From Bacilli bacterium (GTDB taxonomy: Bacteria > Bacillota_I > Bacilli_A > RF39 > UBA660), in the NCBI GenBank assembly GCA_017964405.1, contig JAGCSA010000028.1:2282-66281 (forward strand): DNA of 64,000 bases, written 5' to 3'. The notes under the pieces are model-generated. The model made no database searches, was not told the DNA's origin, and saw only the letters and a list, made by a program, of their open reading frames with translations. Below are positions 1 to 10,094 of this stretch, one piece after another (positions within the stretch are counted from its first letter, which is position 1; each line of letters opens with the position of its first letter). A program made the position numbers and the translations under genes.

Positions 1-542
1 CCCTAATTTGGTAACACTAGAAAATACTACTAAATCATCGCCAACAGCTAAATCCATTGCACGAAGAATATCTTTCAAATTCTTTTCTTTTTTACTTCCT
101 CCTACTTTATCTGCTTTGGTAGCAATCACCGTAACAGGAAGATTATAGTACTTTAGAAAATTATACATTAATAAATCATCTTCTGTTGGTAAATGACGGA
201 AATCAATCAACATAAAAACCCTTCTTAGTTCTTGTCTTTTTCTAAATACTCTTCAATCATTAAACCAAACTTGTTTTGTGTCTTTTTATCTGTACTGGCA
301 TATCCATATCCAGGAACATCAATTAAATAAAATTCATGATTCACAGAATAAAAATTAAGAGTCTGTGTCTTACCAGGTTTGGAAGACGTATAAGCTAAAT
401 TATTACGAGAAAGAATAGAATTAATAAAACTACTCTTTCCAACATTACTACGTCCAACCAATAAAAACTCAGGTTTCCCTTCATCTGGATATTGGCTTCT
501 TCTCGTTGCAATCACATCCAAATTTGCATCTTTAATAATCAT
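1..542 (-). CDS. engB: Ribosome-biogenesis GTPase EngB/YsxC (3' end runs past window start; interrupted by -1 frameshift at T5 run 237-241)
   Basis: G1 motif GRSNVGKSS and G4 TKADK; EEYLEK|RQELRRVFMLIDFRH continues in another frame after a 5-nt homopolymer; reverse complement of 1-224 reads LIDFRHLPTEDD...VTVIATKADK...VVFSSVTKLG. Confidence 0.7.
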
Positions 543-553
543 ATAATCACCTT

Positions 554-1492
554 CTAGGAACGATATTCCTGTAATAATTGATCCAGATCTTCCATCATAG
601 CCATAGCCTCTTCTAATGTTTTTGTCTTCACACCACATGCATATTTATGCCCTCCACCATGATGAAGTTCTGCTACTTTATTAATCTCAGGTCCACGAGA
701 ACGAACAGAAACACGATATTGATCATTTTTCCGATCTTCCGTAATCGTAGCCCATACAAGAACATCTCGAATATAATTGAAGTTATTAATCATATTTCCT
801 GCAGAAGCACTATCAACCCCTAACTGATTAATCACTTCATCCGTTATTATAACATATCCAAGTTGATTTACTGTAATTTTTAGATTGAGAGCAATATATC
901 CTTCTAGTCGTACCTCATTTAAAGGTCTCAGATATAATTTCTCATAAGTCTTCCCTAAATCAATAGGATAAGCATCTAATAACTTGGAAACAGCAAAAAA
1001 TGTATGAGAACCACAACTATTAAATAAGAATCGATTCGAATCCGATACAATTCCCATATAGAGTAGTTCTGCAATCGAATCATTACATTGTAATTCTGTT
1101 TGAAAAATCATATTTAAAATAATTTCACAAGCAGAAGACTTATCTTCCTCAATAATCTCTAAATCACAAAACTTCTCCATAAAAGGATGATGATCAATTT
1201 TAATCGAATAAGATCCTTGAGAAAAGTCTAAACTATCTACTCTCTTGAAATCAGGAGTGTCGCATACGATTAATAAAGCATTTTCTACTTTTTCTAATTT
1301 ATCTAACTTTCCATAGTTTAAGAACTTACTACTACCGGTTCCAATCGCTAAAACTTTCTTTTCAGGATAAGTTAATAGAATCGAATCTCTTAATGCTAAT
1401 TGAGAACATAAAGCATCCGGATCTACCCCAATATGTCTAGCGATAACAATCGTATCATACTCCTTAATTTTTTGAATAACCTCATTATACAT
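554..1492 (-). CDS. nrnA: DHH/DHHA1 phosphoesterase (NrnA-like oligoribonuclease/pAp phosphatase)
   Basis: IARHIGVDPDALCS DHH motif; DHHA1-like GGGH C-terminus; length ~312 aa. Confidence 0.75.
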   Translation of the reverse strand: MYNEVIQKIKEYDTIVIARHIGVDPDALCSQLALRDSILLTYPEKKVLAIGTGSSKFLNYGKLDKLEKVENALLIVCDTPDFKRVDSLDFSQGSYSIKIDHHPFMEKFCDLEIIEEDKSSACEIILNMIFQTELQCNDSIAELLYMGIVSDSNRFLFNSCGSHTFFAVSKLLDAYPIDLGKTYEKLYLRPLNEVRLEGYIALNLKITVNQLGYVIITDEVINQLGVDSASAGNMINNFNYIRDVLVWATITEDRKNDQYRVSVRSRGPEINKVAELHHGGGHKYACGVKTKTLEEAMAMMEDLDQLLQEYRS

Positions 1493-1502
1493 GAATCATT
1501 TC

Positions 1503-2687
1503 CTATCTATTCTTTATTAAATTTAATGTATCTCTCGCAATCATTAATTCTTCATTTGTTGGGATAACCCAAACAGCAATCTTAGAAGCCTCCGTACTAA
1601 TCTTACAAGTCTCTCCACGAACAAGATTCTTTTCAGGATCAATTTCTACTCCAAAGACAGCAAGCTTCTCACATACTTCTTTACGGATCGCAGAATTATT
1701 CTCTCCTACTCCTGCCGTAAAGACAATCATATCGCATCCTTCTAATAAAGCATAATACTGTGCAATATAGTCAACAATACGACGTACATATTTATCTTTT
1801 GCACGAATGGCTTTTTCATTACCTTCTTCACATTGACTAACAATGTCTCTCAAATCATGACTATACTCACTCATTCCAAAGACACCACTATTTTTATTTA
1901 AGTCTTCAATAACCTCACTAGCATTCTTTCCTTCTTTTTCCATTACATAAGGAATAATAGAAGGATCTACATCTCCAGAACGAGTACCCATCATGATACC
2001 AGCTAAAGGAGTAAATCCCATACTCGTATCGACACACTTCATATTTTGAATAGCCGTAATAGAACCACCATTTCCAATATGACAACTAATTAATTTAAAG
2101 TCCTCTCGTCCAAGCATATCTTTTACAGTTTCTGCTATATAACGATGACTCGTTCCATGAGCACCATATTTACGAACACCATAATCTCCACACCAATGAT
2201 AAGGAACGGGATATAAATAAGTAACCTCATCCATTGTTTGATGGAATGCTGTATCAAATACAACAACCATTGGTACATCCGGTAAAGCTTCCTTAAAAGC
2301 TTTAATTCCTAGTAAATGAGCTGGATTATGAAGAGGAGCAAACTCTTTAAAAGCATCAATATCATCAATTACTTGGTTGGTTACAAAAACAGATTCAGAA
2401 TATTTACTTCCTCCATGAACAATTCTATGCCCTACTCCTTTAATCTCATCCAAAGAATGAATAATTTCTAGAGCAATTAATTTATCCAATAGAATCGTAA
2501 CAGCATCTGTATGATCTTTTAAAGGAATCTCTTCTGTAATCTTTTGACCATTATACTTAAAGGTATAACCACTACCATCAGAACCAATTCTTTCAAATTG
2601 ACCAGATACTAATACACTCTCATCAGTCATTTCAAATAAACTAAATTTTAAAGAACTACTACCTGCATTGATTGATATTATTTTCAT
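1503..2687 (-). CDS. ackA: Acetate kinase
   Basis: MKIISINAGSSSLKF N-terminus; full-length (394 aa) acetate/propionate kinase family. Confidence 0.9.
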   Translation of the reverse strand: MKIISINAGSSSLKFSLFEMTDESVLVSGQFERIGSDGSGYTFKYNGQKITEEIPLKDHTDAVTILLDKLIALEIIHSLDEIKGVGHRIVHGGSKYSESVFVTNQVIDDIDAFKEFAPLHNPAHLLGIKAFKEALPDVPMVVVFDTAFHQTMDEVTYLYPVPYHWCGDYGVRKYGAHGTSHRYIAETVKDMLGREDFKLISCHIGNGGSITAIQNMKCVDTSMGFTPLAGIMMGTRSGDVDPSIIPYVMEKEGKNASEVIEDLNKNSGVFGMSEYSHDLRDIVSQCEEGNEKAIRAKDKYVRRIVDYIAQYYALLEGCDMIVFTAGVGENNSAIRKEVCEKLAVFGVEIDPEKNLVRGETCKISTEASKIAVWVIPTNEELMIARDTLNLIKNR

Positions 2688-2738
2688 AATGTGCCCTCTT
2701 TCCTTAAATATAACAATATTATACTATAAAAAGCCCAA

Positions 2739-2762
2739 TAAAAAAAGAGATTTATCTCTCTT
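2739..2762 (-). terminator. Rho-independent terminator after PrsW-like gene
   Basis: Hairpin agagat-tt-atctct followed on the minus strand by a U7 run. Confidence 0.5.
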
Positions 2763-3671
2763 TCATCTTAAACGTAATCCACAATTTGGACAAAAATTAG
2801 CTCCTGCAACCTGTCTACCACAAATCGGACAGAATTGAGGCCCTGTTGTAGGAGGTAAAGGTGTCTCTACTGCAGGGGTTGCAACTGGAGGTGTAGGAGG
2901 AACAGTAGGATATTGATAATAAATATATCCTTGATCATTCTTCACAATACTACCCTCTTGAATATTAAGGGATAGATTATTCTGTACTTTTGCAACTTTA
3001 TCCACGGTAAGAAAGCATACGACAACCATAAAGACATAAAATAGGATAAAAGGAATTAATCCAATAATAGAATCTTCTGCTCCACTAGCAGCTAAAATAA
3101 ACGTATCATAGAAAGTATGTAATATAATAGGTGCTATAATACTAAGAATCATATTTTTCGCATATACTTTATGATTTCCACTAATTTGACCAACTTTTGC
3201 TTTGGAAAAGAAATATCCCATAGAAATCGCAAAACAAGTATGTCCAGGAACAGCTAAAATCGCTCTTAAGATGGCATTTCCAAGTCCATTTTGAAAAACA
3301 TACATAATATTTTCTAAACAAGCAAATCCGAGTGATACAAAGACTGCATAGACAATAACATCAAATACTTCATCAAACTCTTTACTACGATAACCCATAT
3401 ATTTTGTAACTAACCATTTAAATGCCTCTTCATATAAAGCTACCCCAAAAAGAATATTAAAGAAGATAGGAATAAAACCAGCCTTAGAATCTAATGGGAA
3501 GAAAGCCCCAAAAATAAGTTCACAAATAAGAACAGGAATAACCGATAAAAGTCCCAAACCAAACATAAGAGCCAACAACCAAGCTGGTTCTTTGTTTTTA
3601 TCTTTGGTATATATGAAAGTACATAAACCAAAAACTGGTAAAACAGCTGCACATAAGAGAATTGATGACAT
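2763..3671 (-). CDS. PrsW-family intramembrane metalloprotease with C-terminal zinc-ribbon
   Basis: Polytopic membrane protein with EExxK (YEEAFKW) and HxxxD (HTFYD) motifs; C-terminal CPICG...CPNCG. Confidence 0.55.
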   Translation of the reverse strand: MSSILLCAAVLPVFGLCTFIYTKDKNKEPAWLLALMFGLGLLSVIPVLICELIFGAFFPLDSKAGFIPIFFNILFGVALYEEAFKWLVTKYMGYRSKEFDEVFDVIVYAVFVSLGFACLENIMYVFQNGLGNAILRAILAVPGHTCFAISMGYFFSKAKVGQISGNHKVYAKNMILSIIAPIILHTFYDTFILAASGAEDSIIGLIPFILFYVFMVVVCFLTVDKVAKVQNNLSLNIQEGSIVKNDQGYIYYQYPTVPPTPPVATPAVETPLPPTTGPQFCPICGRQVAGANFCPNCGLRLR

Positions 3672-3758
3672 GAAAACCCACTTTCTTTCCTATTATCATT
3701 TAACAATCGATACAAGAGAAAGTCAAGAAAGGGAAAGAAAGAAGTTCGTCAATTGACA

Positions 3759-3783
3759 ATAAAAAAAGCTCTAAGAGCTTTTT
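3759..3783 (-). terminator. Rho-independent terminator after second acetate kinase
   Basis: aaagctct-aag-agagcttt hairpin plus T-run immediately 3' of the stop codon. Confidence 0.5.
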
Positions 3784-4981
3784 ATTTTTCACATACTAAT
3801 TGATAAGTATCACGAATAATCATAATTTCTTCATTCGTTGGAATAACATAAACAGGAATAGAAGATTTCTTTGTAGTAATCATTCCTTCATGAATCTCTT
3901 TAAATCCAGCAATCTTATCATTAATCTTCTTATCTACTTCAATACCAATTGGTTTTAATTTCGTAAGAATTGCTTCTCTTGTTTCACTACCATTTTCAAG
4001 GACACCAGCTGTCATAACCATAGCATCTACTTTACCGTCTAATTCAATATAGTATTCTGCAATAAAACGATTAATAATATCAACATACATATCCAAAGCA
4101 AGTTTTGCTCTTTCATCTCCAGCAGCAATTGCTTTTTCTACATCACGATTATCATTAAATCCACAGATACCTAATAAACCACTCTTCTTATTTAAATCAT
4201 TGGTAATTTCAGAAACATCTTTTCCTGTTTCTTTACAAACATATTCAATGATAGAAGGATCGATAGAACCACATCTAGTACCCATCATTAATCCATCTAA
4301 TGGGGTAAGACCCATCGTAGTATCATAACATTTACCATCTTTAATACAACTAATAGATGCTCCACTACCTACATGGCAAATAATTAAGTTTACTTTTTCT
4401 TTTCCAAGCATCTTCTTCATAGTCTCTGTAATATATTTATGACTCGTTCCATGGAATCCATATTTACGTACTCCGTACTTCTCATACCATTCATAAGGAA
4501 CTGGATACATATAATTAACAGGAGGCATTGTTTGATGGAATGCTGTATCAAATACTGCTACATTAGGAACTCCTGGTAAAGCTTTCTGCATTGCTTCAAT
4601 ACCAGCAAGATTTCCAGGATGATGAAGAGGTCCTAATTTAGTTAGATCTTTAATATCTTGTACAACTGTATCATCAATTAATACAGAATCACTATATTTT
4701 TCTCCTCCATGTAGAACTCTATGTCCTACTCCTTTAATTTCATCTAAACTCTTCACTGCTTTATGTTTTAAGATTTCCTCTAACATAACATCAACAGCTT
4801 CTGTATGATTCTTTAAATACTTTTCTCCTTTAATTTTTTCTCCATTGATTTTCGTATTCCAAAAAGAATCAGGAAAACCAATTTTTTCAATATAACCACT
4901 TATTAATACTTTCTCCTCAGGCATTTCAAATAATTGAAATTTTAAAGAACTACTACCTGCATTAACACATAAAAATTTCAT
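3782..4981 (-). CDS. Acetate/propionate kinase paralog
   Basis: MKFLCVNAGSSSLKFQLFEM; full-length ASKHA kinase clearly paralogous to 1503-2687. Confidence 0.85.
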   Translation of the reverse strand: MKFLCVNAGSSSLKFQLFEMPEEKVLISGYIEKIGFPDSFWNTKINGEKIKGEKYLKNHTEAVDVMLEEILKHKAVKSLDEIKGVGHRVLHGGEKYSDSVLIDDTVVQDIKDLTKLGPLHHPGNLAGIEAMQKALPGVPNVAVFDTAFHQTMPPVNYMYPVPYEWYEKYGVRKYGFHGTSHKYITETMKKMLGKEKVNLIICHVGSGASISCIKDGKCYDTTMGLTPLDGLMMGTRCGSIDPSIIEYVCKETGKDVSEITNDLNKKSGLLGICGFNDNRDVEKAIAAGDERAKLALDMYVDIINRFIAEYYIELDGKVDAMVMTAGVLENGSETREAILTKLKPIGIEVDKKINDKIAGFKEIHEGMITTKKSSIPVYVIPTNEEIMIIRDTYQLVCEK

Positions 4982-5070
4982 ACACACATCTCCTTTTCAT
5001 AACACACTTAAAGTACCAAAGAAACCTAAAAAAGTCAATAAAATCCAAGGATTTCTCTCATCAATTTTCT

Positions 5071-6255
5071 TTATAAAATATCGCCATATTCTTGATCGTC
5101 TTCTCGAACCACAATCGTGTTCATAGAAGAAACTGCTTCCTCGATCATAGGAAGATAATCAAACTTCAATTCTTCTTCTAAACAGGTATCCATTCTAGGA
5201 TTTATCACCGGATGTTTCGGAACAAATACCGTACAACAATCTTCATAGGGAAGAATACTCGTCTCAAATGTATCAATCTTTCGAGCAATCTCCATAATCT
5301 CTAATTTATCAAAACAAGCTACTGGTCGAATAACTGGTAAATTGGTAACAGAATTAATCACATTCATACTCGTTAATGTCTGAGAAGCAACTTGCCCAAT
5401 ACTTTCTCCATTGACAATGACATAAGCATTATGACTTCTACAAAGACGATCCATAATTCGATACATCATTCTTCTCATAATAGTAATACAATAATCATCC
5501 CTACAACACTCATAAATCTTTTCCTGAATTGGAGTAAAATTCACAATATGTAGATGAATCAAATCTGTATAGCTCGATAATTTTCTACAAAGAGTAATTA
5601 CCTTTTCTCTCGCTTCTGGGCTCGTATGAGGAATCGCTTCAAAATAAACGCAATCTAATTCCACTCCTCTTTTCATAGCCAAATAACCAGCTACAGGAGA
5701 ATCGATTCCTCCACTTAACATCAACATTCCTCTGGCTTGTGTCCCAACAGGATATCCACCACTTCCTTGATAAGAATGAAAATAAATATAGGTAGATTCT
5801 TCTCTAATTTCCACTTTAATCCATAAGTCTGGATGATGAACATCTACATGAATATTCGGAATATTCTTTAATAATAAACCACCAAGTACATGATTAAAAT
5901 CTTGGCTAGGGATTGGAAACTTCTTATCGCTTCTTTTAACATCTATTTTAAAAGTAGAAAATGCCTCTTGAGAAACTACCTCTAATAAAGTACTCTTAAT
6001 ACTCTCTTCTGTAGAATCACATACCACAGCAACTTGATAAGTATGAATTCCAAAAATCTTATTAATAATATTTTGAATATTTTCTAAATCTTTCTCTTCA
6101 AATAAAATCGTCATTCTGGCACGATCTTTCTCTATCGTAACAGGATAATTCTTTAACTTATTTTGAACAGAACGATACAAAGTATTAATAAAATAATTAC
6201 GGTTTCCCTTCTTCGTAGATAATTCCCCATATTTAATTAAAATAACACGTTTCAT
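5071..6255 (-). CDS. thiI: tRNA 4-thiouridine synthase ThiI
   Basis: THUMP-like N-terminus; PP-loop SGGIDSPVAGY. Confidence 0.85.
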   Translation of the reverse strand: MKRVILIKYGELSTKKGNRNYFINTLYRSVQNKLKNYPVTIEKDRARMTILFEEKDLENIQNIINKIFGIHTYQVAVVCDSTEESIKSTLLEVVSQEAFSTFKIDVKRSDKKFPIPSQDFNHVLGGLLLKNIPNIHVDVHHPDLWIKVEIREESTYIYFHSYQGSGGYPVGTQARGMLMLSGGIDSPVAGYLAMKRGVELDCVYFEAIPHTSPEAREKVITLCRKLSSYTDLIHLHIVNFTPIQEKIYECCRDDYCITIMRRMMYRIMDRLCRSHNAYVIVNGESIGQVASQTLTSMNVINSVTNLPVIRPVACFDKLEIMEIARKIDTFETSILPYEDCCTVFVPKHPVINPRMDTCLEEELKFDYLPMIEEAVSSMNTIVVREDDQEYGDIL

Positions 6256-6306
6256 AGGACACCTCCAACATGCATATTTTAACACAAAAAAAATAAGTCT
6301 TACAAC

Positions 6307-6933
6307 TTATTTTTTTACCTCTTCCTTTGTACGATAGAATATCTTAGTAACAATTTCACATTCACTACTCTCTTTAAAACTATCTACAAAATACTCATCT
6401 GTACCATATTTCTTATTATAATGATAAACAAAGTTTAATTCCTCTGTATATTGTTCAAAAACCTCTTTATCATCATCTAAACAGTTATACAATTCTTTTT
6501 CCTCTACATTGTCCCCTTCTAATTTCTTAGCACTCCATTCACTAACCTCATAGACAGGAACCTCTTCTGTATTCGCAAAATCAGCAGCATCTAATAGATA
6601 TTTACCACATCTTAAAGTAGCATAAGTTTTTCCTTCAACCGTATCTACTTTTGATTCATAAATATCACAAGTACCTCCTCCAAAAGGACTACGAATACTC
6701 TTTAAGAATCCTTCATCAATTGCCTCTTCTAAGTATACAGTATTTGTATAGTGAAAAGAAGCAATGTTTGTTGTAACAGCTTTTGAGAAAGATATCGCAT
6801 TATCTTTCATCGTTTCATATTTTTGATTTCCTGTACCCGTCAAGAATACGTAGAACAAGAATGCAAACACTACTAGTAATAATACAATCACAGTCATGAC
6901 TTCAATTTTTAAAAATCCTTTATTATTTTTCAT
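6307..6933 (-). CDS. Prepilin-type (class III signal) N-terminal domain protein, pseudopilin-like
   Basis: N-terminal KGFLKIEVMTVIVLL resembles the KGFTLIE prepilin peptidase site (G, E at +5) followed by a hydrophobic helix. Confidence 0.4.
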   Translation of the reverse strand: MKNNKGFLKIEVMTVIVLLLVVFAFLFYVFLTGTGNQKYETMKDNAISFSKAVTTNIASFHYTNTVYLEEAIDEGFLKSIRSPFGGGTCDIYESKVDTVEGKTYATLRCGKYLLDAADFANTEEVPVYEVSEWSAKKLEGDNVEEKELYNCLDDDKEVFEQYTEELNFVYHYNKKYGTDEYFVDSFKESSECEIVTKIFYRTKEEVKK

Positions 6934-8635
6934 AAATCTCCTTCAACTTTCCATATATATTTTCATCGATAAAAGACGTTGCCTTCATAGAATCTTCTAA
7001 AGATTCTCGATAATCTCCTCGATAAAATCTCTCCTCCGCATCCTTCAAGCATTCATCAACACCCTCATAAGAAGAACGAAATCGATTTAAATAAACAATA
7101 CATCTTTCTGCTAACTCAGCATGATGAATCATATCATTCGTTGTATTATAAAGTTTTAATACTAAATCTCTAGCAGTATCTACCCTTGTATTTAGGGTAC
7201 GAATCACAATTGGCTTTTGTTCTAATTCTCGAACGACTTCATTGATTGCATCATTTGCTTCCTCTAATTGAACAAAATAATTATTCGTAATGACAGGAAG
7301 CTTATAAGAACGAATCTCTTTCTTACAGTTCTTTAAGAATGTTTGAATCTCTTCTAACTGCTCTCTAGCTCTTACTTCATCATCATACATATTTCCAAGA
7401 GATTGTAAAGCCTCATCAAAATCCCCTTCCATACTCGTCAAACGATGAGTAAGTGTTTCCACTTCTTCATTTAACATTGAATATGGACAAGATTTTGCTT
7501 CCTCTTTTTGAACCATCTTCTTATAATCATCATTAATCATAACAAGAATCTTATTCACTTCATGAATAACACCAACATCTTCATCACTTAAATCATACAT
7601 CTTTTTAATATCATCTAACTGATCATAAACATCTTTTACTAACTTATTGGTTCTCTCTAATCTCTTAGAAAAATCTTTAGATACTTCTTCATATACTTTT
7701 CGAGATAATCTTTCTTTTTCAAAATCAATAAATAAGGAATCGTAATAAGAAAGCATTGTCTTTAAATCAAACATACAACCTTCCAAATTAATGACTTTTA
7801 CTTTATCTAAAATTCTCTCTAAGTTCTTTTTTGATTCTTCAATATTATAATCAATATTTAAGTAATCCAATACATATCCCTTTTCAACCATTTCCTGATA
7901 AGTAGCTTCTACTTCATTCATACGGTTTGGAATAACTGTTTGAATCATCAATAAGACATCTGGCATCTCTCGAATTAAGATTTCCATATGATCAATCATA
8001 TTATCAAGAGCTTTACAAATATGAACTACTTCATTATAATCATTTGCTTCCATAACTGTTTCAAAGTCTTGGAATCGTTTTTCAATATTTTCAAGTTGCA
8101 AATCCATAGCATCTTGCATCATACCATATAAATCTCTATGATCATTAAACTCTTTATTAAGAGCACGATATTTCGATTTTAATTTAATCACAATCGCCCG
8201 ATATTTAGCTTCACTCAAAGTAATATCACGAATCTCATCTAATAGATGTTCAGCAGCTTCTCTTACTTTATAAATCTCAATCTCTGTCTTAGCAATTCTA
8301 ACAATACAAGATTTATAATCTCTCTTCTCCACATAAACATCTAGATCAATTAACATATCGTCAATCACTGATAATCTTTTTTCTTTTATAAAAGTAAACT
8401 TATCTTGCCACTCTGTATATTTCTCTTCCATCTTATCATTCTTGATAATAGGTTCTACTTTCGATAGTTCAAGTAAAACCGGAGTAGAAGCAATTTGATT
8501 TCTTTCAATTTCCAGTTTTCTTAATTTATTTTTATAAAAATTAGTTTCAGCTTTTTTAACGAAATGAAGTATAACAATAACAATTACAAGACAAAGCACA
8601 ATAACAGAACCGATGATTAAAAATTGTCCTTGCAT
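6923..8635 (-). CDS. ezrA: Septation ring formation regulator EzrA
   Basis: Single N-terminal TM then ~540 aa coiled-coil-rich protein; conserved position next to rpsD as in Bacillus. Confidence 0.75.
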   Translation of the reverse strand: MQGQFLIIGSVIVLCLVIVIVILHFVKKAETNFYKNKLRKLEIERNQIASTPVLLELSKVEPIIKNDKMEEKYTEWQDKFTFIKEKRLSVIDDMLIDLDVYVEKRDYKSCIVRIAKTEIEIYKVREAAEHLLDEIRDITLSEAKYRAIVIKLKSKYRALNKEFNDHRDLYGMMQDAMDLQLENIEKRFQDFETVMEANDYNEVVHICKALDNMIDHMEILIREMPDVLLMIQTVIPNRMNEVEATYQEMVEKGYVLDYLNIDYNIEESKKNLERILDKVKVINLEGCMFDLKTMLSYYDSLFIDFEKERLSRKVYEEVSKDFSKRLERTNKLVKDVYDQLDDIKKMYDLSDEDVGVIHEVNKILVMINDDYKKMVQKEEAKSCPYSMLNEEVETLTHRLTSMEGDFDEALQSLGNMYDDEVRAREQLEEIQTFLKNCKKEIRSYKLPVITNNYFVQLEEANDAINEVVRELEQKPIVIRTLNTRVDTARDLVLKLYNTTNDMIHHAELAERCIVYLNRFRSSYEGVDECLKDAEERFYRGDYRESLEDSMKATSFIDENIYGKLKEIYEK

Positions 8636-8929
8636 ATACTCACCTCAATTCTAAGACTATTCTATCACAAATAATAGCAATATTTCTACATTTTTAGGAA
8701 AATAATCCCAAAGAATCCCATAAAATACAACAATTTCTTGACATATGAGAGGTTTTCAAATATAATTAAAAATGCAAATTCCTTGAAACAGCAGGAAATG
8801 GAATAAATTAATGTGTTTTTTAACCATAAATCAAGTAACAATTGCTGTTTATGTGAAAGAAGAAGAAAAACTCCCTAGTTTATGACCATTCCATTCAAGA
8901 TTTTGTAAGCAAAGAAAGGAGAGAGAACT

Positions 8930-9532
8930 ATGTCAAGATATACAGGACCAAGTTACAAGCAAGGTCGTCGTGTTGGTTTCTCTATTACAGAGACTGGAAG
9001 AGAATTATCTCGTCGTCCTTATGGACCAGGTCAACATGGAAATGAACGTAAAGGTAAATTATCAGATTATGGAACACAATTAAAAGAAAAACAAAAAGTT
9101 CGTTTCATGTATGGTATGAATGAAAGACAATTCAGAAAGACATTTGAAGAAGCTTGTAAAATGAAAGGTTCTAATGGTGAAAACTTCTTAAGATTACTAG
9201 AATCTAGATTAGATAACTTAGTATATCGTATTGGTTTTGCTACAACACGTCGTGGAGCTAGACAATTAGTTAATCACGGACATGTTACTGTTAATGGAAA
9301 GAAAGTAAATATTCCATCATACAGAGTAAAACCAGGAGATGTTATTTCTTTAAAAGAAGATCACAAGAACTTAAAAGTTGTAGTTGACTCTTTAGCTAAG
9401 ATTACAAAGAGAGTTGAATTCATTCATTATGATGAAGGAAAAATGGAAGCTACTTATGTAAGAATGCCTGAGAGAAATGAATTAAATGCAGATATTAATG
9501 AAGCATTAATCGTTGAATTCTACAATAAATAA
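8930..9532 (+). CDS. rpsD: 30S ribosomal protein S4
   Basis: [23 protein letters not shown]; 200 aa. Confidence 0.95.
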   Translation: MSRYTGPSYKQGRRVGFSITETGRELSRRPYGPGQHGNERKGKLSDYGTQLKEKQKVRFMYGMNERQFRKTFEEACKMKGSNGENFLRLLESRLDNLVYRIGFATTRRGARQLVNHGHVTVNGKKVNIPSYRVKPGDVISLKEDHKNLKVVVDSLAKITKRVEFIHYDEGKMEATYVRMPERNELNADINEALIVEFYNK

Positions 9533-9537
9533 AAATA

Positions 9538-9562
9538 AAAGAACTCATAGAGTTCTTTTTTT
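9538..9562. terminator. Bidirectional rho-independent terminator between rpsD and the phosphatase gene
   Basis: aagaactc-ataga-gttctt hairpin flanked by A-run and T-run. Confidence 0.6.
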
Positions 9563-10094
9563 ATATTTCAAATTCCTCATAACTACCATTCGGAATCTTC
9601 CCATCTAATAAATTCCCCTTTAAAGGATCCTTTTTGATTAAATGACGAAGAGCACGATACGTTCCAGAATGAGTTACAATCAAAATACTCTTATCAGGGT
9701 ATTTTTCTTTAATCTCATTCAAAAAATCTTCACATCTCTCCAGAATATCCTGAACAGGTTCTACTCCATAATCAGAACGATTCTTATCATAATTCCAAAA
9801 TTGAAAAGCATTGTACTCTTCCACAGGTCTTCCTTCTAACTCTCCCATGTCTCTTTCTTGAATTCGATCGTCTCGAATAATCTCAACTCGGTCTCCTACA
9901 GCAACAAGAGCGGTCTCAAAACATCTAATAAATGGAGAAGTAAAACACAAATCGTAATGTAAGGCAGACAAATTATTTTTTAAACGAAGAGCCTGTCTTC
10001 TACCAGTCTCATTGAGTAGTACATTCTTTCTTCCTAATATTTTCCCTTCATAATTCTCTTCTGTCTCCCCATGACGTACAAGAGTAATTTTCAT
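9561..10094 (-). CDS. Histidine phosphatase family protein (phosphoglycerate mutase-like)
   Basis: LVRHGETEEN RHG catalytic motif. Confidence 0.8.
   Translation of the reverse strand: MKITLVRHGETEENYEGKILGRKNVLLNETGRRQALRLKNNLSALHYDLCFTSPFIRCFETALVAVGDRVEIIRDDRIQERDMGELEGRPVEEYNAFQFWNYDKNRSDYGVEPVQDILERCEDFLNEIKEKYPDKSILIVTHSGTYRALRHLIKKDPLKGNLLDGKIPNGSYEEFEI

Noticed and set aside
3491-3715. Small ORFs such as 3491-3715, 9642-9839, 10264-10597, 15888-16341, 25595-25808 and 27386-27955
   Set aside because: They are embedded in or antisense to much longer ORFs with clear homology, and are typical AT-rich spurious frames.
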